Positions 1 to 14,478 of a stretch of 64,000 nt of DNA are shown here, in pieces. Source of the stretch: Bigelowiella natans CCMP2755 (taxonomy: Eukaryota > Protista > Cercozoa); the NCBI GenBank assembly GCA_000320545.1, contig ADNK01000260.1:108281-172280 (forward strand), given 5' to 3'. A program made the position numbers and the translations under genes. The first letter of the stretch is position 1. Each line of letters opens with the position of its first letter. The notes beneath the pieces were generated by a model. That model searched no databases. It saw only the letters and a list, made by a program, of their open reading frames with translations, and had not been told where the DNA came from.

Positions 1-442
1 CCTCGATTTAAAATAATCATTGATGATGATGATTCAAATATAGAACGACCGTTTCCAGCGAAGAAATATTCCTGTGATTTTACTTCTTTTTCATGCCACA
101 AACACACGGACGGCGGCACACATATTCATATTGGAACAATGCAGTGATGATGAGCATACTGCTTATTAGCGCATAATAATGCATATTATTATTGCCGCAT
201 TATTATGCGATGATTATTATTATTATTGTTCTCATCGATTTGTTTATTCTGTTTGTTTCTCCTCATCGTTCTCTTTGTAGTTGTCGGGAGGTAGCCATGG
301 CAACCACAACTTACCAGTAAATGGACAACAAAGAGAGTTGGATATATGGCCATTAAGATTGGTACACTAACTTACAAAAAGAAGAAGAAGATCAAGAAGA
401 TGTCGTTTGTACGTACGTAACTAGTCACTTTACAAGTGTGAT

Positions 443-483
<41 letters not shown>

Positions 484-1102
484 TTCCTATTGGTCGCGGT
501 GGTTTCTTACTAGGTGTCTATGATCTGCTGCAAAAAGAACAACTACCTGCCAACAATTTACATGTGCTCTCTTACTACTACTACTACTACTACTACTACT
601 ACACTACTCACACTAAAATATTAGATCGATTTTGAAGATCCAGAGCAGTTTGAAGTTCTGTACAAGCTCTTGAACAAGCAGTCTGAGCTCATCCATTTCT
701 ACTTGGACAACGACATATTTCCGTTAGTATGCCGTCATCAAGGTGCTACTAGTAGTTATAGCACTAGTACTAGTACTGTGTTATTTTTCCTTCGTTGCAT
801 TTGTACTTGTTCTCAAACTAGTATTAACGATGAGGATGAAGAGGAGGAGGAGTAGGCCAAACATTTAAAATAACATCAAGAGTCGCCGTGTTAATCATAT
901 GCGATGATACCACTTTCATCATCATTATATCATCATCATGTAGTCATTTATTGTGGTTGTGTTCGTCCTTTCCCTCCATCTCCCCTTCTCCTCGTTGCTA
1001 TGCTCTCCTCATAACAGCTCTCAAGATAAGTGCATCTGGGCAGGAAATTGGAGGTGAAATGTTATTCCAACGACGTCTGGGATTCTCAGGTTGCTTGAAA
1101 GC

Positions 1103-1134
<32 letters not shown>

Positions 1135-1577
1135 AGTAGTCGTGTAGTGAGGAAGGAGGAGAACAAAGCTTTCTTACATCTGAACACCATAACTAATGCT
1201 TCGTTGATAGCTTTGAATATTCATACAAGATTGTTTTTCTCTATTACTACACTCCTCCTCCTCCTCTTAACAATATTGTCTTCTACCTGCCCCTCTTATC
1301 TCTTCCTCCTCCTCCTTCTTCTTCTTCATACTTCTGCTACCACCACCACCACTACTACTCAGGAACACCTTCGAATCTACTGCCGCTGGAACTAGGAGAA
1401 TGCCAGTATGAGAAGGGATCTGACGCCAAGATGATGTACTTTCTCACCTCCCCAGATGTAATGGAATATGTTCCAGTACCTATGGGTTGGACAGTCAACT
1501 CGGTTAGTAAGTCATAATCATAATCATTATGATGATGATGATGATGATGTATCTATGTTCCCTTTTCACCATGATGA

Positions 1578-1618
<41 letters not shown>

Positions 1619-2808
1619 TATAATAGGTTTTGGACAACATCGCGCGTGCATCTCCTCCATACCACGCCTTGATTGATACAGGGGCATTAGTTACAGGATA
1701 CACGAATATTGAAGTGGCGATGCGGCTGCTTGAGCGTGGATTACCAACGATGGAGGGAGTGGTAACAATAGCGATAACAATTATCATAATGATATTAGTA
1801 GCATATCAACAATGTTTATTGAGGATATCTTACGTTGATAATAGAAATCAATCATATTATTGAGAGACGCGTGATAGCATATATTTCAATGAATGTAGAC
1901 AGTATAACAACTTTTAATCGATGATTTTACCATCACTACGTAAACCAGTGCTCAAACTATCATCTAATATGCTTACTTTATTCTTGTATCAACTCCTTGA
2001 TGTTTTTGATGAGAATAGATGCTACTTTTTCTATGCGGCACTGCGCCATTGGCGTGAGAGAGCAGCTAATAAGAATAATAAGAATAACAACAACAACCAT
2101 CATCATCATCATCATCATTAACTCATAAACTCCATCATGATTATTACATTATAACAGGTGTTCTTAGATCAGCTAGATCGCAAGATGATATTTCTGCGAT
2201 CATCACAGAAGGCTGTGCCTCTCGCACAGTGTGGAGTCCCTAAGCATAAGCGGTTTTCGTTCTATGATCAGGTCTATACAACGATCATACTACGTTACCA
2301 GTAGTAGTAGTAGTAGTAGTGGTAGTAGGGTGACATTGAAAGCATAACAATAAAAAAGAGGAGGAGGGATGATAAGAATGATGGTGCACTTTATTATTTG
2401 GTTGGAGTAGTAATAAAAACATAGTTGAGGATCGTAATAAATGGCTAATGAAGACAATAGTTGAGTAGTTTCAACACAACTTCCATTTTTCAATAGCAGC
2501 AGCAGCAGCAGCAGCAATAAACCATGGTTATTATAATACCACAAGACGTAATAATAAGAGTGTGATCTCATCGTCATCATTCTTCTTCTTGTTGTTCTTG
2601 TTCTTGTTGTTCTTGTCCAGGTTCACACAACAGGAATGGACATTAAGCAAGCACTGAATGCAACAGCAGTGATAACAGTAGGAAAAGATATGACCTTTAG
2701 GGACTACGCACAGGTGTTTGTTTCGTCGTCATATTAGCATCATCTGCATGCAATTACAACCATCATCACAATGTAACAATACCAACATGCTCCTCTTATC
2801 CTCCACCG

Positions 2809-2859
<51 letters not shown>

Positions 2860-4456
2860 CATATCATAGGGAGCTTTCCGTATGCGTGGCATCGGTCAAG
2901 GGCAGCGGCTACATGCCTTTGTGATTCCTGAGGTACAGAAGCTTATAAGAGATCAGCTTAATCGTGCTGGACTTCGTGTGGACGATAGTGCAATCTCTAA
3001 AGCAGCAGCAGCATCATCAGGAGGAGGAGGAGGAGGGGGAGATTCCAAAGCAGGAAATAATACCGCTGCTGGTTCCCTCCCTCCAATTCCCAATCCAAGA
3101 CAATTTCTTGTCAATCTGTCGGCGTGGCTTGTCATTAACTCGATGCGTATAGAGAAGATCATGTTCAATATGCTCTGTGAGCAAAACTTGAGAAATGTTT
3201 GGAGAAAGCTATGTTTCATTCTGCTGCTCACGCAACAAAAGAAGATTGGGACTCGTGATGGCCAAGGTAATAATATTAATATTAATATGATTTTGCTGCA
3301 AATGCTGCAATGCTACCAATGTGTTTGTCTTTTGATCGACATTTATGCTGATAAACGATCGATGCTGTTATTAACGGTGATTGATGACTATTTGTTCTTT
3401 ACCCCCCTACCTTAGGCGACATCGAGGAGGCCATTGACGTGTTCCGTGAGCGACTCGATCACAGTGTGGAGGGCAGTGTACCAGTAGTACAGCGATTTGT
3501 GGACAAACTCAAGGACCTCACCAACTCAAGGAAACGCTGGATCAAGGACGCTGAGCGCCAAAACACAGTCAAGCAGATTTTATCGTACGTATCACTTGCA
3601 GAGAATAAGGGAAAAGGTGCTGACAAGCAGCTCGATACACCAGCTGCACAGAAAAGAGCATTTGATGCAGAGCAGCAGCAGGAGCAAGAGCAAGAACAAG
3701 AACAAGAACAAGAACAAGAGCAGGAGAAAGAGCAAGAGCAGCAACCCGAACCAGAAAAGGAGGAGTTTGTCAAGAAAAAGTACAAAGTAACTCGCCAACA
3801 GCTCCATTCATGGCCGCTTGAGCTCTTAACTCATGGTATGGAGGAGATAAATCCTAAAACCAGCAAAAAGGGACATCCCGAGTTCTATCATCTCTCTAAA
3901 TTCAAGCTCTATGCTGACAAGCTGATAGGGAAGAAGTCGGGCAATCCTCTCGTATTTCCTGAATCGATGTTGGTTTCCAATAACTACTTCCATCCCAAGT
4001 GGTGTGTATTGGCTCACAGGCGTTTGAAGAACGTTGGTGTAACTCTTGAGTGGGTTCCTGATTCTAAGAAACTTGTTATCCCCAAGCCACGTAGCGTCAA
4101 AGAGCTGCTTACAAACGAACTTGAATCTATTCGCAGAAGCTTCCTCATGTTCTCTGCGTCTGCACGGTCAAGATTAGGATCAGGAGCTCTGCAAAGGCCA
4201 CCAACGAAGGTAGGCGGTGCTAACCTTATGGACAAGACAAGAAGTGTTGCTTCAGGGTCCCTCACTGTGTCGGCATCACTCTTCATGTTTGAACCAGATC
4301 AGAAAGCAGATTCTGGTGACAACAAACACGATAGCATAGAACAAGACGTCATTAGTGTAGCATCTTCAGACATCATCATCATCATCATTCAACGCTTAGT
4401 TCAAGATGTACTAGTACTAGTACTAGCAATTACTATCAGAGCTTTAGATATACGCA

Positions 4457-4497
<41 letters not shown>

Positions 4498-4541
4498 AGT
4501 GTACATGCTAGAATAAGATCATCAATAAATGACCTACATGA

Positions 4542-4617
<76 letters not shown>

Positions 4618-4946
4618 GGACTGAGGTTGGTAGTTGATACGAGAGATGTGATTGGCGTTGAAACGATGAAGCTACAACACGATGAAGCACATACAGAGAT
4701 ACGTGTTAAGCTAAGGAAGGGATTTGAGAGTAGGCTAGCAAAGATGGATGATGATACTGACGATGATGACGACGATAATAGCGACCACAAGAGGGTACCA
4801 TTCTTCTACTACTACTACTACTACTACTACTACTATGCTATGGCGGTGATGATGATGATGATGACGATGATGACGATGATGACGATGGGTGTACAATAAA
4901 TGAGTAATGCTTTGTTGTATTATCTGTAGTAGTAGAAGAAATTATG

Positions 4947-4978
<32 letters not shown>

Positions 4979-5818
4979 TATGATGATGATCCGCAACGTT
5001 TCTATTATAAATGTTAACTTATTCGTCGTTCTTGACTATGATCGTTCACAGAACGAGAGGGGGGGCGGCTCGGGGGAATTCGTGACAGACTCGAGAAATC
5101 ACCTGAAAGCTGCTGATCCTGGACGGAGAGCATCAGATACTGATGATATTGAAGATTCAAAGCAGCAGCAGCAGCAGCATCTTGGCCCTTCTTCTCCAGC
5201 AACAATAGCAAAGGAGATGGGTATGGTGGTGCTCACAGGGAATACAAACGCTATAGAAAATCTAGCTCAACACCTTCGTTCTCTGGTCAAGTGGTATCAT
5301 AAAGATAAGAGTATTGAGGGGGGTAATGAAAGGGATTCAAAGATGGACGATTCCAAGCTCACTCTGGTGGAACTTAGAGAAATGCTAAGAGCACTGGGCA
5401 TGTTTGTCCAGAACGAAACTCACCTAAGGTCTCGTCTCAAAGAGCTACAGGTGGGTGGGTGGTTGGTTTGATCGTCGTTTTATTATTAACAATGTGCTCT
5501 CATCATCGTCATCGTTATCATCATCATCATCATCATCATCATCATCTCATGTACTAAATTTTCATCGTGGTATTCATTTCCCTCTCTTCTTCTACTTCTT
5601 ATATGATCTTAGGTTATGGCTGATAGCGGCCTTGATCTAGAGAAGATAACCAAAGTGATGGCGGGCACTGATACGTTCAATCGGGTTCAAGAAGGACGTT
5701 ATTTTGTCGCAACATCCCTTAGAGAAGCTGAAGCTTTAAGAGGGTTGTTAGAAGAAGAGGAAGAAGAAGAAGAAGAAGAGAATAGCTAATACATAGTTAG
5801 ATGATGGTGGCGATTGCT

Positions 5819-5855
<37 letters not shown>

Positions 5856-7821
5856 TGATCATGTGCCGAGGTGGTGCTTGTGGTTCTCTAATAAGTGCTG
5901 TTGCTGCAGTAGCAGCAGTAATCAATTTGTCGCACATGGTTTAGTGAGATAATAAAATAATATCAATCATCATTGTGTGCATGTGTATCCATTCTCTCTC
6001 TGTGTGTGTCTCTGTGTGTGTGTTGCGGGTGTAGGTGCATACATCTTAGACAAGGGCGTCCACTTGTTGACGGTAAGAACGCTGAGATAGCGTTACGAGT
6101 AGGAGATACGATGATTGACTCAAGTGGGGGGTTCCAAGAGGCAGGACAGTACCAAGGAAGACAAGCAAGGCAGCTCTTTAAATTCTTCAACTCTGATCTC
6201 GACTTTGCTGAAAGCGAGGTCGATCTAAGAGAGGGGGGGGGGGGGAGGAAGAAAGGGGGGAGATGAATTGGTGGCAATAATTATTATTATAGAATGGAAG
6301 CTTGCGAAAACGATGACATTGTTTGACAACAATAGCATCAACACCATTATAATTGAATTGCTCACAGCCAAATCACTGTGTGGTTTTAATGAGTGATGAT
6401 GCCGATGATATTAGGAACGAGTATATTGAAAGTAGTAGTACCTTGTGTAATAGATCATCTTTGAAGTTGTTTTTCCCTGCTATGATGTCACATTATGCTG
6501 GTAGGTTTCAATGCTGCTTGCAGGCATAAAGAAAAACGATTTGGAAGCAAGGACAACATGGTTTGAAGATATTCGTTCCGTGAGAAGGAGATCGCGAAAG
6601 GACTGGAAGTCGTCGTCTATCTCCCCCGTATTTTGCACGGCAAATGAGTATATCCTTCTAGCCAGGCGAGCGGTACTGGCAACAGTGCGTTTACTGATTA
6701 AAGTTAACGGCATGCGATTGTTGGATGCTTTCCGTGCATTTGACTCCAACCATGATGGAATATTGCTGTGCTCCGAACTCTATGGAGGGCTTGAGTGGCT
6801 CGGAATGTCGTTGCAACCAAAGGATATCCATGAGATCGTACGCTACATAGACAAGACAGGGGAAGGTAGAGTAACATGGGAGGATTTCGAGAAAGCTCTC
6901 TCTAATCCTGAGCTGGACGATCTTGAAGATGACGAGGAGGACTGGGAGATGAAGGGTGGTAGTGGTGGTGTTGCTGGGAACAACAACAACAACGCAAACA
7001 ACAGAGGCAGCATCATCCTCAATAACTCTTTCATGAGGGTACATATAAAGCCAAAACCCATGGAAGAGCTGTGGGAAGATCCTCGACTGAAAGGAATTAA
7101 GGTGGTTGAAGACATCCCAATGCAAGTACTTAAGGAGATAAAGATCAAACCAAAGAGCGTCCCTAACTGGCAAAGCAAGCCACTGTGGGATAGCCGTCAT
7201 AGCAATGCGAGAACTAAAGTATCTGTGTGGGAACCACAAGTTGAACGAAAATTCACGCTCAATCGCAACAAGATGCGTTTCTGCCTCGGATTCTACGCAA
7301 CAACTTCATACAATAAACCAAATAAGAGTAAATGCCAGTTGATCGAGCTCACTGACGAGGGAGTGACAAGAGTTTTAAAGTCATCCAATCTGGACGATGC
7401 TCATTTGAACCATCTCGTACCTCACCCAATACGCTACAAGCAAGTGTGGTCACAAGTTGACAAAGGGTCCTCCTTGTATGCATGGAAGCCCATTCCCCCC
7501 AATAAGAACTACGTGGCTCTTGGGATGGTAGCAACCACGTCAAATAATGAACCTCCCTTGCAAGCAATGCGCTGTGTACCCATCGGATGGACAGTCATTT
7601 CAAAAACCCCTCCTAAAAAGATATGGACTGATGCAGGCACTGGGGGAAGGAAAGGAAGCATGTGGGTTGTCAACTCCTTTGGAACAGTTGTCTTTGCTGA
7701 TGGCCACAATGCGCCTCCAGGCCCTTTTTATGAGCTCAAGGCCCGCAGATTCCATGCGGACGAAGGCTACGTAAAGGGGGCTCATAGTTTGAAACCAGAT
7801 TTAGAAAGTCAGCTGGCTTAA
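1..7821 (+). CDS. 3' part of a giant multi-exon gene: DUF3638/DUF3645-family-like protein with SF2-helicase-like C-terminal motifs, EQ repeat, EF-hand pair and C-terminal Vps62-like (DUF946) domain
   Basis: Spliced exons give DIWPLRL|IDFEDPEQ..., LFQRRLGFS|GTPSNLLPLELG, ALIDTGALVTG, FYDQ|VHTTGMDIKQ, RDYAQ|GAFRMRGIGQGQ and QEQEQEQE. The last exon (6511-7821 ORF) has FDSNHDGILLCSEL and IDKTGEGRVTWEDF (EF-hands) and WKPIPPNKNYVALGMVAT...RCVP...IWTDAGTG (Vps62-like). Stop TAA at 7819-7821. The 5' end lies outside the window. Confidence 0.8.
445..6260. repeat. Dense intronic microsatellites ((GA)n, (CA)n, (TAC)n, (GAT)n, (TAG)n) in the first gene
   Basis: For example (GA)n at about 448-481, (CT)n at about 2811-2855, (CA)n at about 4459-4490. 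Confidence 0.9.
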
Positions 7822-8826
7822 TAATAGTAATAATAATGATAAGAATAATAAGAATAAAGAACAAGGTGTCACAAATCGGCCAAATATCTAGAATATTAAG
7901 GATGTTGTGGCTGCATTATTGCATGATGGGTTTCAGCACAAAAGGATAGCGGCGTCACGGCATGAAAAACCTTTGCATTTATTTCTTTTAGTTAGCTTTC
8001 ATAGAACGTAATTGTAATAAAAGCGTAGCTAGCCACTGACATCTATACAGCCCTAGAAACTACACATGTTCGTATACGTGCGGACGCTACATAGCCCTAT
8101 AAGGCTATAGACATCTATTGGCGATTGCTGTGCATCATCATATATATCTTTGATTATCAGTGTTGCAGTATGCATATGCGTCTAGTTACCATGAATGCAT
8201 GTCGTCTGCTGCTTTCTATAGCCGATCCCTTCGATCTAGCCTTCTAGCTTTCTGGCTTAGATCGAAGCTTTGCATGCATGACTCATGTTTGATCACACGG
8301 CTACAATGCTTTTATACTTTGCATAAGCATGTCTATCATTTGCTATTTGATCTACCTACAGCTATATATTAGAATATACAATAATTTATTAAGCGCTGTA
8401 ACCGCAGCCAACTTTGCACACAAAGCTAGGCTACATTATTAGGATGACAATTGAAATTTTGAATACATTCATTACATGCATCTCACACGTTAGAGTACCA
8501 CCATTAAGCACGCTGCCTGGCTATAGCTCATGTGGGACGATAATGCATTGAATGAAAACAAAGCCGTTATGCGTGTGATGTAGCAGATACTGTGAAACCA
8601 CCATTGTGCGACTCGCCTTGCTATGATGAAAACGCTGGGCATTGGCATTGGCATTGAACCTCACGCAGCCTCCTAGCCTCTTATAGACTTTGCACTCACA
8701 CCTTCAGATGGCTAGGTGGCGAGATGGCTAGATTGGGTGCCGCGCGTTTTTGCTCAAGTTTTAGACAGCATGGCATTGCATGCTAGATATGCACAAACTA
8801 TTTGCAAACAAGATCTTACTTAAATA

Positions 8827-10616
8827 TCATTGGTTATGCTTCTGCCGCTTATCAACTGTCTTGAGGGCAAGCTGACCACAAGCCCCACTAACGTCTCGGC
8901 CAGATTCGGTTGAATCACGAATGAAACAAAGAATTCCTTCTTCTAAAATTACTCTCTTCATTACTTCCATTGCTTCCTATATTTTACAACAGAAAAATGT
9001 ACTCAAAAACCTACCAAATTGTGCTGTAAGAATTTATTTACCGAACTAGGAGTTTCAAATCCTAGTTTTTCTGTGGGATTGCACGGAATGAGATTTATTT
9101 TCACTCTGCGCCCCTTAAGTGCTTGTGCCAACCTAAAAACGGAAGTTTTGCGATGCCGACCAAGATATTTTATCTTCACGGACCATAAATCACGAATACT
9201 ACAAGAATCAAAAATTGAGCCTAATGTAAATATGATTACCTTCTGGCATGGTCCTCTCTGTCATTTACTCCCTTTATGACCGTGTATTGTATGAAAGAAT
9301 GATGAGGTGACCTTGATAGAATCGAACGGACATCACGCTAATGGGAACTATCAACCGAGATCTATGCAATGTTCACTACCTTTCGAGGTAATAGTCCATA
9401 GCATTGAGGATGTCTTCCATCGAATTAAACTTTCCGCTGGGTATAAGTTTCTCCCGTAGTATCTAAGAAATTCGTCGTCAATTTATTGGTTTACGTTTCA
9501 GGAGTGGTACCATAGTACTAGTAGTAGAGTATCACCATCAGAGAGTTGTTCTCGTTAACTTCCCCCCCCCCACACACACACACACATATATATATAGTAC
9601 ACCTCCCTCATAACTGCTACTATTACTGCTACTATTACTGCTACTATTACTACCTGGTCTGGAGCATGAAGAGATACTGCCAGTGCTACTTTTGGCACTT
9701 CATCAGCAAGTCGGTACCTTTAATTATCACTGTCTATCAAAAGCAGCAAACATTGCGACACACAACGAACGATGGATGAGTAACTGACATGTTATCGATC
9801 ACGCCAACGGTTGAGACCGTAATATGAGCCAGACCCAAATTAAACATCCGCGTATCGTGTATACCTATTATTATAATTATTATTATTGTTTGATGATTTA
9901 ATGTGATTGTCTACGATAATACCACGAATGGCTCCAAGAACATTGAGATAGTTGTCCAATGGTTCTCCCATACCTCATGGATAACGCAACTTAGCTCATT
10001 TAATAGAAACCATATTTCAATTAATGAGAAATTTCCAACAAATACCCATAAAAACGACGTTTCTGATAGGTTTGATCTGTTGTGCAATCTGGAGCTGAAG
10101 TATTATGGTACAGTTGTTGACAAAATCTACTACGATTTATTCTTTTTCTATCAATTCTACATTGAAATGCTTTTCTCTGACATGGATTATTATTGCTTAC
10201 TACCTGCTCCAAAATTTCACCGGAAGAAAGGTTTCGAATTAGTCCCATCGTTCCAGTAGCGCAAAAACGACACCCCATTCTACAACCCACCTGGTGAGAT
10301 ATTTTCCCAAAAAGATAGATGATGGATGATTATATCTTCAATGAGAATCATCTTGGAACAAACGGGAGAGAAAGAGAAATAATGAGGAATAGAAGGACTT
10401 AAATTACCTGGGATGAAACACAAAGCGCAGCATAGGAATCGTGTTGTATAATGACAGATTCTATTAGCTGTCCATCATGAAGCTCCACTATAAACTTGAT
10501 TGTGTCATTGTTCTTGGATCTCTCAACCTTATAATTGCAAAAAAAAAAGTAAGATCATAATTAATAATAAGTATTGAATCTCAAAATGATAGGGCTGATG
10601 CTGCTAGAATTTCGTG

Positions 10617-10653
<37 letters not shown>

Positions 10654-11801
10654 GTTATTATGACTAGAACAATATTGAGGTTGTAACCTGCACGAGCTTA
10701 GATGTACACAAACTGAATTCTTGTTCAAGAAGTGAGTTCGCTACCTGCCAATAAAAACAAAGAATGTACTTAGTATAAACTCCCCAAATTTTCATTATAT
10801 TCTCTGTCACATTCATTCATACGTCTGTATCCGCATCACACGTAGTCGTAATAATAAGGTTTCTTCTACCTTGGGGATATGGGGAACGTCAATGGAACCA
10901 TTATCATCCGAAAAAGGATTTTGAATAGCATACTTCCATATTTTTGATAGATGGATATGTTTGATACCCAAATCGTCGAAGCTGTGTTGTCACCATAACA
11001 ATATACCAAATATAGTTATCATACCAATATAACAAATATGGTTGAAGGAAACGAGGAGGAGGAGGACCGACACTAATTGTATGCTGCTGCCGTAACATTT
11101 TTAATGGCGGTGGTGGTGCTGCTGACCGGCTGCATATAGCGTCGATGTCTAGCACAGATTTCTTGCTTTTTGGAATCTGCTGTGGAAGGGAGATTGATAT
11201 ATCGGAGTGTATTCGTCCAATTGTAGAAGAAGAAGATGGTGATGAGAATGATGATGATGCTAGGGAAGAAGCTGAAGACGCTGCTTCAATAGAGGAGGAG
11301 GAGGAGCGCCTTGAGCCGCCTTGTGTGAACGTAAATAGACCACTGCGACCTCTCATCCTTTGGAACGATGTGGATGGCAAGGATCCTACTCTCAATTCTT
11401 CATCGGTTGATGATAAATTAACCTGAATTATCCATTCAAATGAAAAATTTCGACGATTCTAAAATGAGTGAATATTGCAACCTTTGCAGTGCAGCGAAAA
11501 GACGATGCATCGTTAGTAAGGCCTTTGATATTGGTGATCCGTCCTATTCTGAACGTCTGATTTCGTGACAAACAAAGCGTACCACGGACTACTTATTGTA
11601 GTTTGGCAATGATCGAGAACGTAGGCCTACCGTAAATCGTCCAGAATTTCTCTTTGAAAACCCCGATGGTCTTCTAAGAAGGCCCCTCGTTTTACAGGGG
11701 TTGAATGAGAGAAAAATTGAGAGAAGAAAGGTGAACGAGAGCATAAATATCGGGGTCGGAGTTTGTGCCCCCCTGCCTATCATCAACAATGGTCTCCCCA
11801 T
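8827..11801 (-). CDS. rlmN: RlmN/Cfr-family radical SAM RNA methyltransferase (eukaryotic/plant-type), multi-exon, with hydrophobic N-terminal leader
   Basis: Exons encode [28 protein letters not shown]...LCVSSQ|[13 protein letters not shown] (CxxxCxxC), NVVFMG|[24 protein letters not shown] and C-terminal [12 protein letters not shown] (catalytic Cys motif), ending in TGA at 8827. The start at 11801 is inferred. Confidence 0.88.
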
Positions 11802-12157
11802 TGGTCAGCTTTTCAGTGCCTACTCAGGTTTTGCTTTGGTGTCGTTCAGTTCGTTTATTGATAATCAGATAAGGGATATAAGTATCCCCTACCTTTCTGT
11901 GTAAATTTATCCCGCTTCTACTAATCCATCATCGGATAAGGAGGATGAGGGGGAGGTAGGGTCGATATTCTTCCGTCTTAATGAGATACAGGCCTTTCTT
12001 AACGTGCGTCTCAAGCTATATCCACCAATTTTCTAGATTTGCATCCCATAATGTCGTTGGAACATGTTCGTGGGGATTTATAACCTACGACATTCTTTAG
12101 CCTCCAACTTATGGTAATATACCGATAACACCACACTCGAAGGAGTACCTACCAGCG

Positions 12158-13748
12158 ATGGACCACGAGGCAGCACGCCTAATTAAACGCGCTCCGACGA
12201 TAAACAACAAAACTCATAACTGCAGCCCCTTCTTTAAAGGGTTTCTGGCTACAGGAGCCCTATTTCTTGCTTTAACGTTTGCTTTACAACCGAACATCCA
12301 CCCACCAATGATTGGAAACCTTGGATCTCGTCTTTCGGTACTTATTTCCTCTTCCTTCCCATTATCTCTAATTCCGCACATGATCCGCACAGGCTTTAAC
12401 TAAGCTCCAAGCTACTGCCCCTTCCTATCGGGCAATGTGCAAGGGGACACTAACTGCTTCTGGTCTATGTATGGCATTCCATACCGCAGGTAGTGTACTC
12501 AAAATATAGTGGTAGATACGTTCAGGTATGTTTTCACTCTCCCAATTTGTAGAACAATCTACAAGTGGTGTAAGGACTAGACGTGGTATACAAATGACAC
12601 CGCGAGCAACAGCTGAAGGAGAGAAGAATCATCTTCTCATAGTTGGTTGTGGTACTCTGGGAGAGCGGGTTGGTAGACTATGGAAAAAGCAGTACCCGAA
12701 TACTGATGTCATCGGGGAAACTAGAGGAACATCTCGGCATCAATCCTTTGAATCTCATGGTGCTTACTAAAATTTAAGCTTTAATCTCTGCAGTAACTAA
12801 CATTATTTATTAAGGTATTACGCCAAGGCTGGCAGATGCGGAAGGAACTGATATCCAGTACCCCTTCGTAGTATTTAGTGCTCCTCCAAGCAGTAGCACA
12901 GATTATGTCGCTTCCGTGAAAAAGGCTATTGATCAATGGGATAAATCTGGAGCTTTTGTGTAAGCAAGTTTTTCGTTCCTGATGATAACGTCTGAGTGAG
13001 TGAATGTAATAGATTTACTTCGTCTGGAGGAGCTTATGCGGAAGAAAATGGAGGCATTGTGAAGGAAAACTCTCCCACCAAGGATATTGAGAAAAACCCT
13101 CGGACAAAATTACTTTTAGATTCTGAGCAGGTTTGGCATTGAAAAAAGGAGAGGTAGTAGCGTAAAAGGATTTTGCTATGATGTCACAGGCTGTCTTGGA
13201 TGCTGGTGGAACTGTGCTTCGGCTTGCTGGTTTGTACACTCTACAGCGCGGAGCGCATAGCTACTGGTTGCAGAGAGCTCAAGTTTCCGGGGTCGTAAAT
13301 AAATCCATTGATTCAATTCCACGACTTCGACAAATCTTAGACACTTGTTTCTATCAGTCTCCAGAGGGTCTTATCAATCTAATTCATTACGATGACGCGG
13401 CTGAGCTCGTCGTTAGCGCACTGGAGGCGAAGGAAGCAGCTAGAGGCTCTATTTTTCTTGGGTCTGATGATAAACCAGTTACGCGGCAACAAATCTGTGA
13501 GGCAGCACTCAGTCACCCTTCATATGGTTCTAAGTTCCAAATGCCAAGTAAGCATTTTCGTGCATGGTTATTTGAAAGAATCATGCCTTAACTTGTTCAC
13601 ATCCTGGATACTTCATCCGAAATTTTATTTAGCATTTACGGCTCAATTTGGGGCGAAAGGAAAGCGTTATGATAATTCTGCGACAAGAGAAACTCTAAAG
13701 TGGCAGCCAAAATTCAAATCCTTTGACGAATTCATGTCACAAGCATGA
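12158..13748 (+). CDS. NAD(P)-binding Rossmann-fold (atypical SDR/epimerase) protein, probably plastid-targeted
   Basis: LLIVGCGTLGERVG (GxGxxG), VVFSAPPS, VLRLAGLY...RGAH, NLIHYDDAA, KRYDNSATRETLKWQPKF. N-terminal hydrophobic segment (FLATGALFLALTFAL) followed by a basic/Ser-rich stretch. Short GT-AG introns. Confidence 0.85.
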
Positions 13749-14478
13749 GGAGCGACGTAAGCTTCTGTGGAGTTGTATTGAACAATGGGGCTGGAAGATT
13801 CCAAAATTCGTTATCGTTAGTATTCTATGAAGATTTCTTGTTTTATTTTGTGTGTAAGTTGTCAAGTCCCTGCCAATGTATATCTCAAGATTGCAACGTC
13901 TAGATAACATTGTCTCTACAGTAGCACATCATGTCACAAGCGTGCATTCTGTGCCATCGTTCACTTTGCATAACTACATTGTGATACACGAGGCATGAAC
14001 ATAGGATATATGCAACTGTCTAGACATGGCACTTGCAGTTTCAGTGTGAACAGGAGTGAACGACGTTGTGTTATAGGCTGAGCAAACTAGCAAAGCTAGC
14101 ATGTCATCATTGCGCTGGCGTGCGCATCAGCATTGCATGTTCAAGGTTCAAGAACCTGCATTGGGCACAAGACATCGATGCATGGTGAAATGCCATGCAA
14201 GCGCACGTGGACATCTTCATGGCATGCGCAAACACACAACGTGCGTACGACAGCCTGACGAGCAACAGCGCAAGCTAGCTAGCTAACTGTAAGGCTAGCC
14301 ATGTAGCCATCCCGCTAGCCTGGCATCTTGTTGGTTGCTTGTGCTAGTTTGGCACAGCCAAAAACTTGACAGCAATGCTGGAATGTGATGGAAAGCTTCG
14401 GTAGCGGGCCCGTCGTGCCCTGCTAGCCTGCGAGGTCTGGCCAGCCAGCTAGCTAGAGGTGACATCAGTTCATGCGTA

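Noticed and set aside
438-2580. Low-complexity ORFs (ERERER, YYYY, LLLL, MMMM) here and at 42-59 kb
   Set aside because: Translations of intronic microsatellites or antisense frames.
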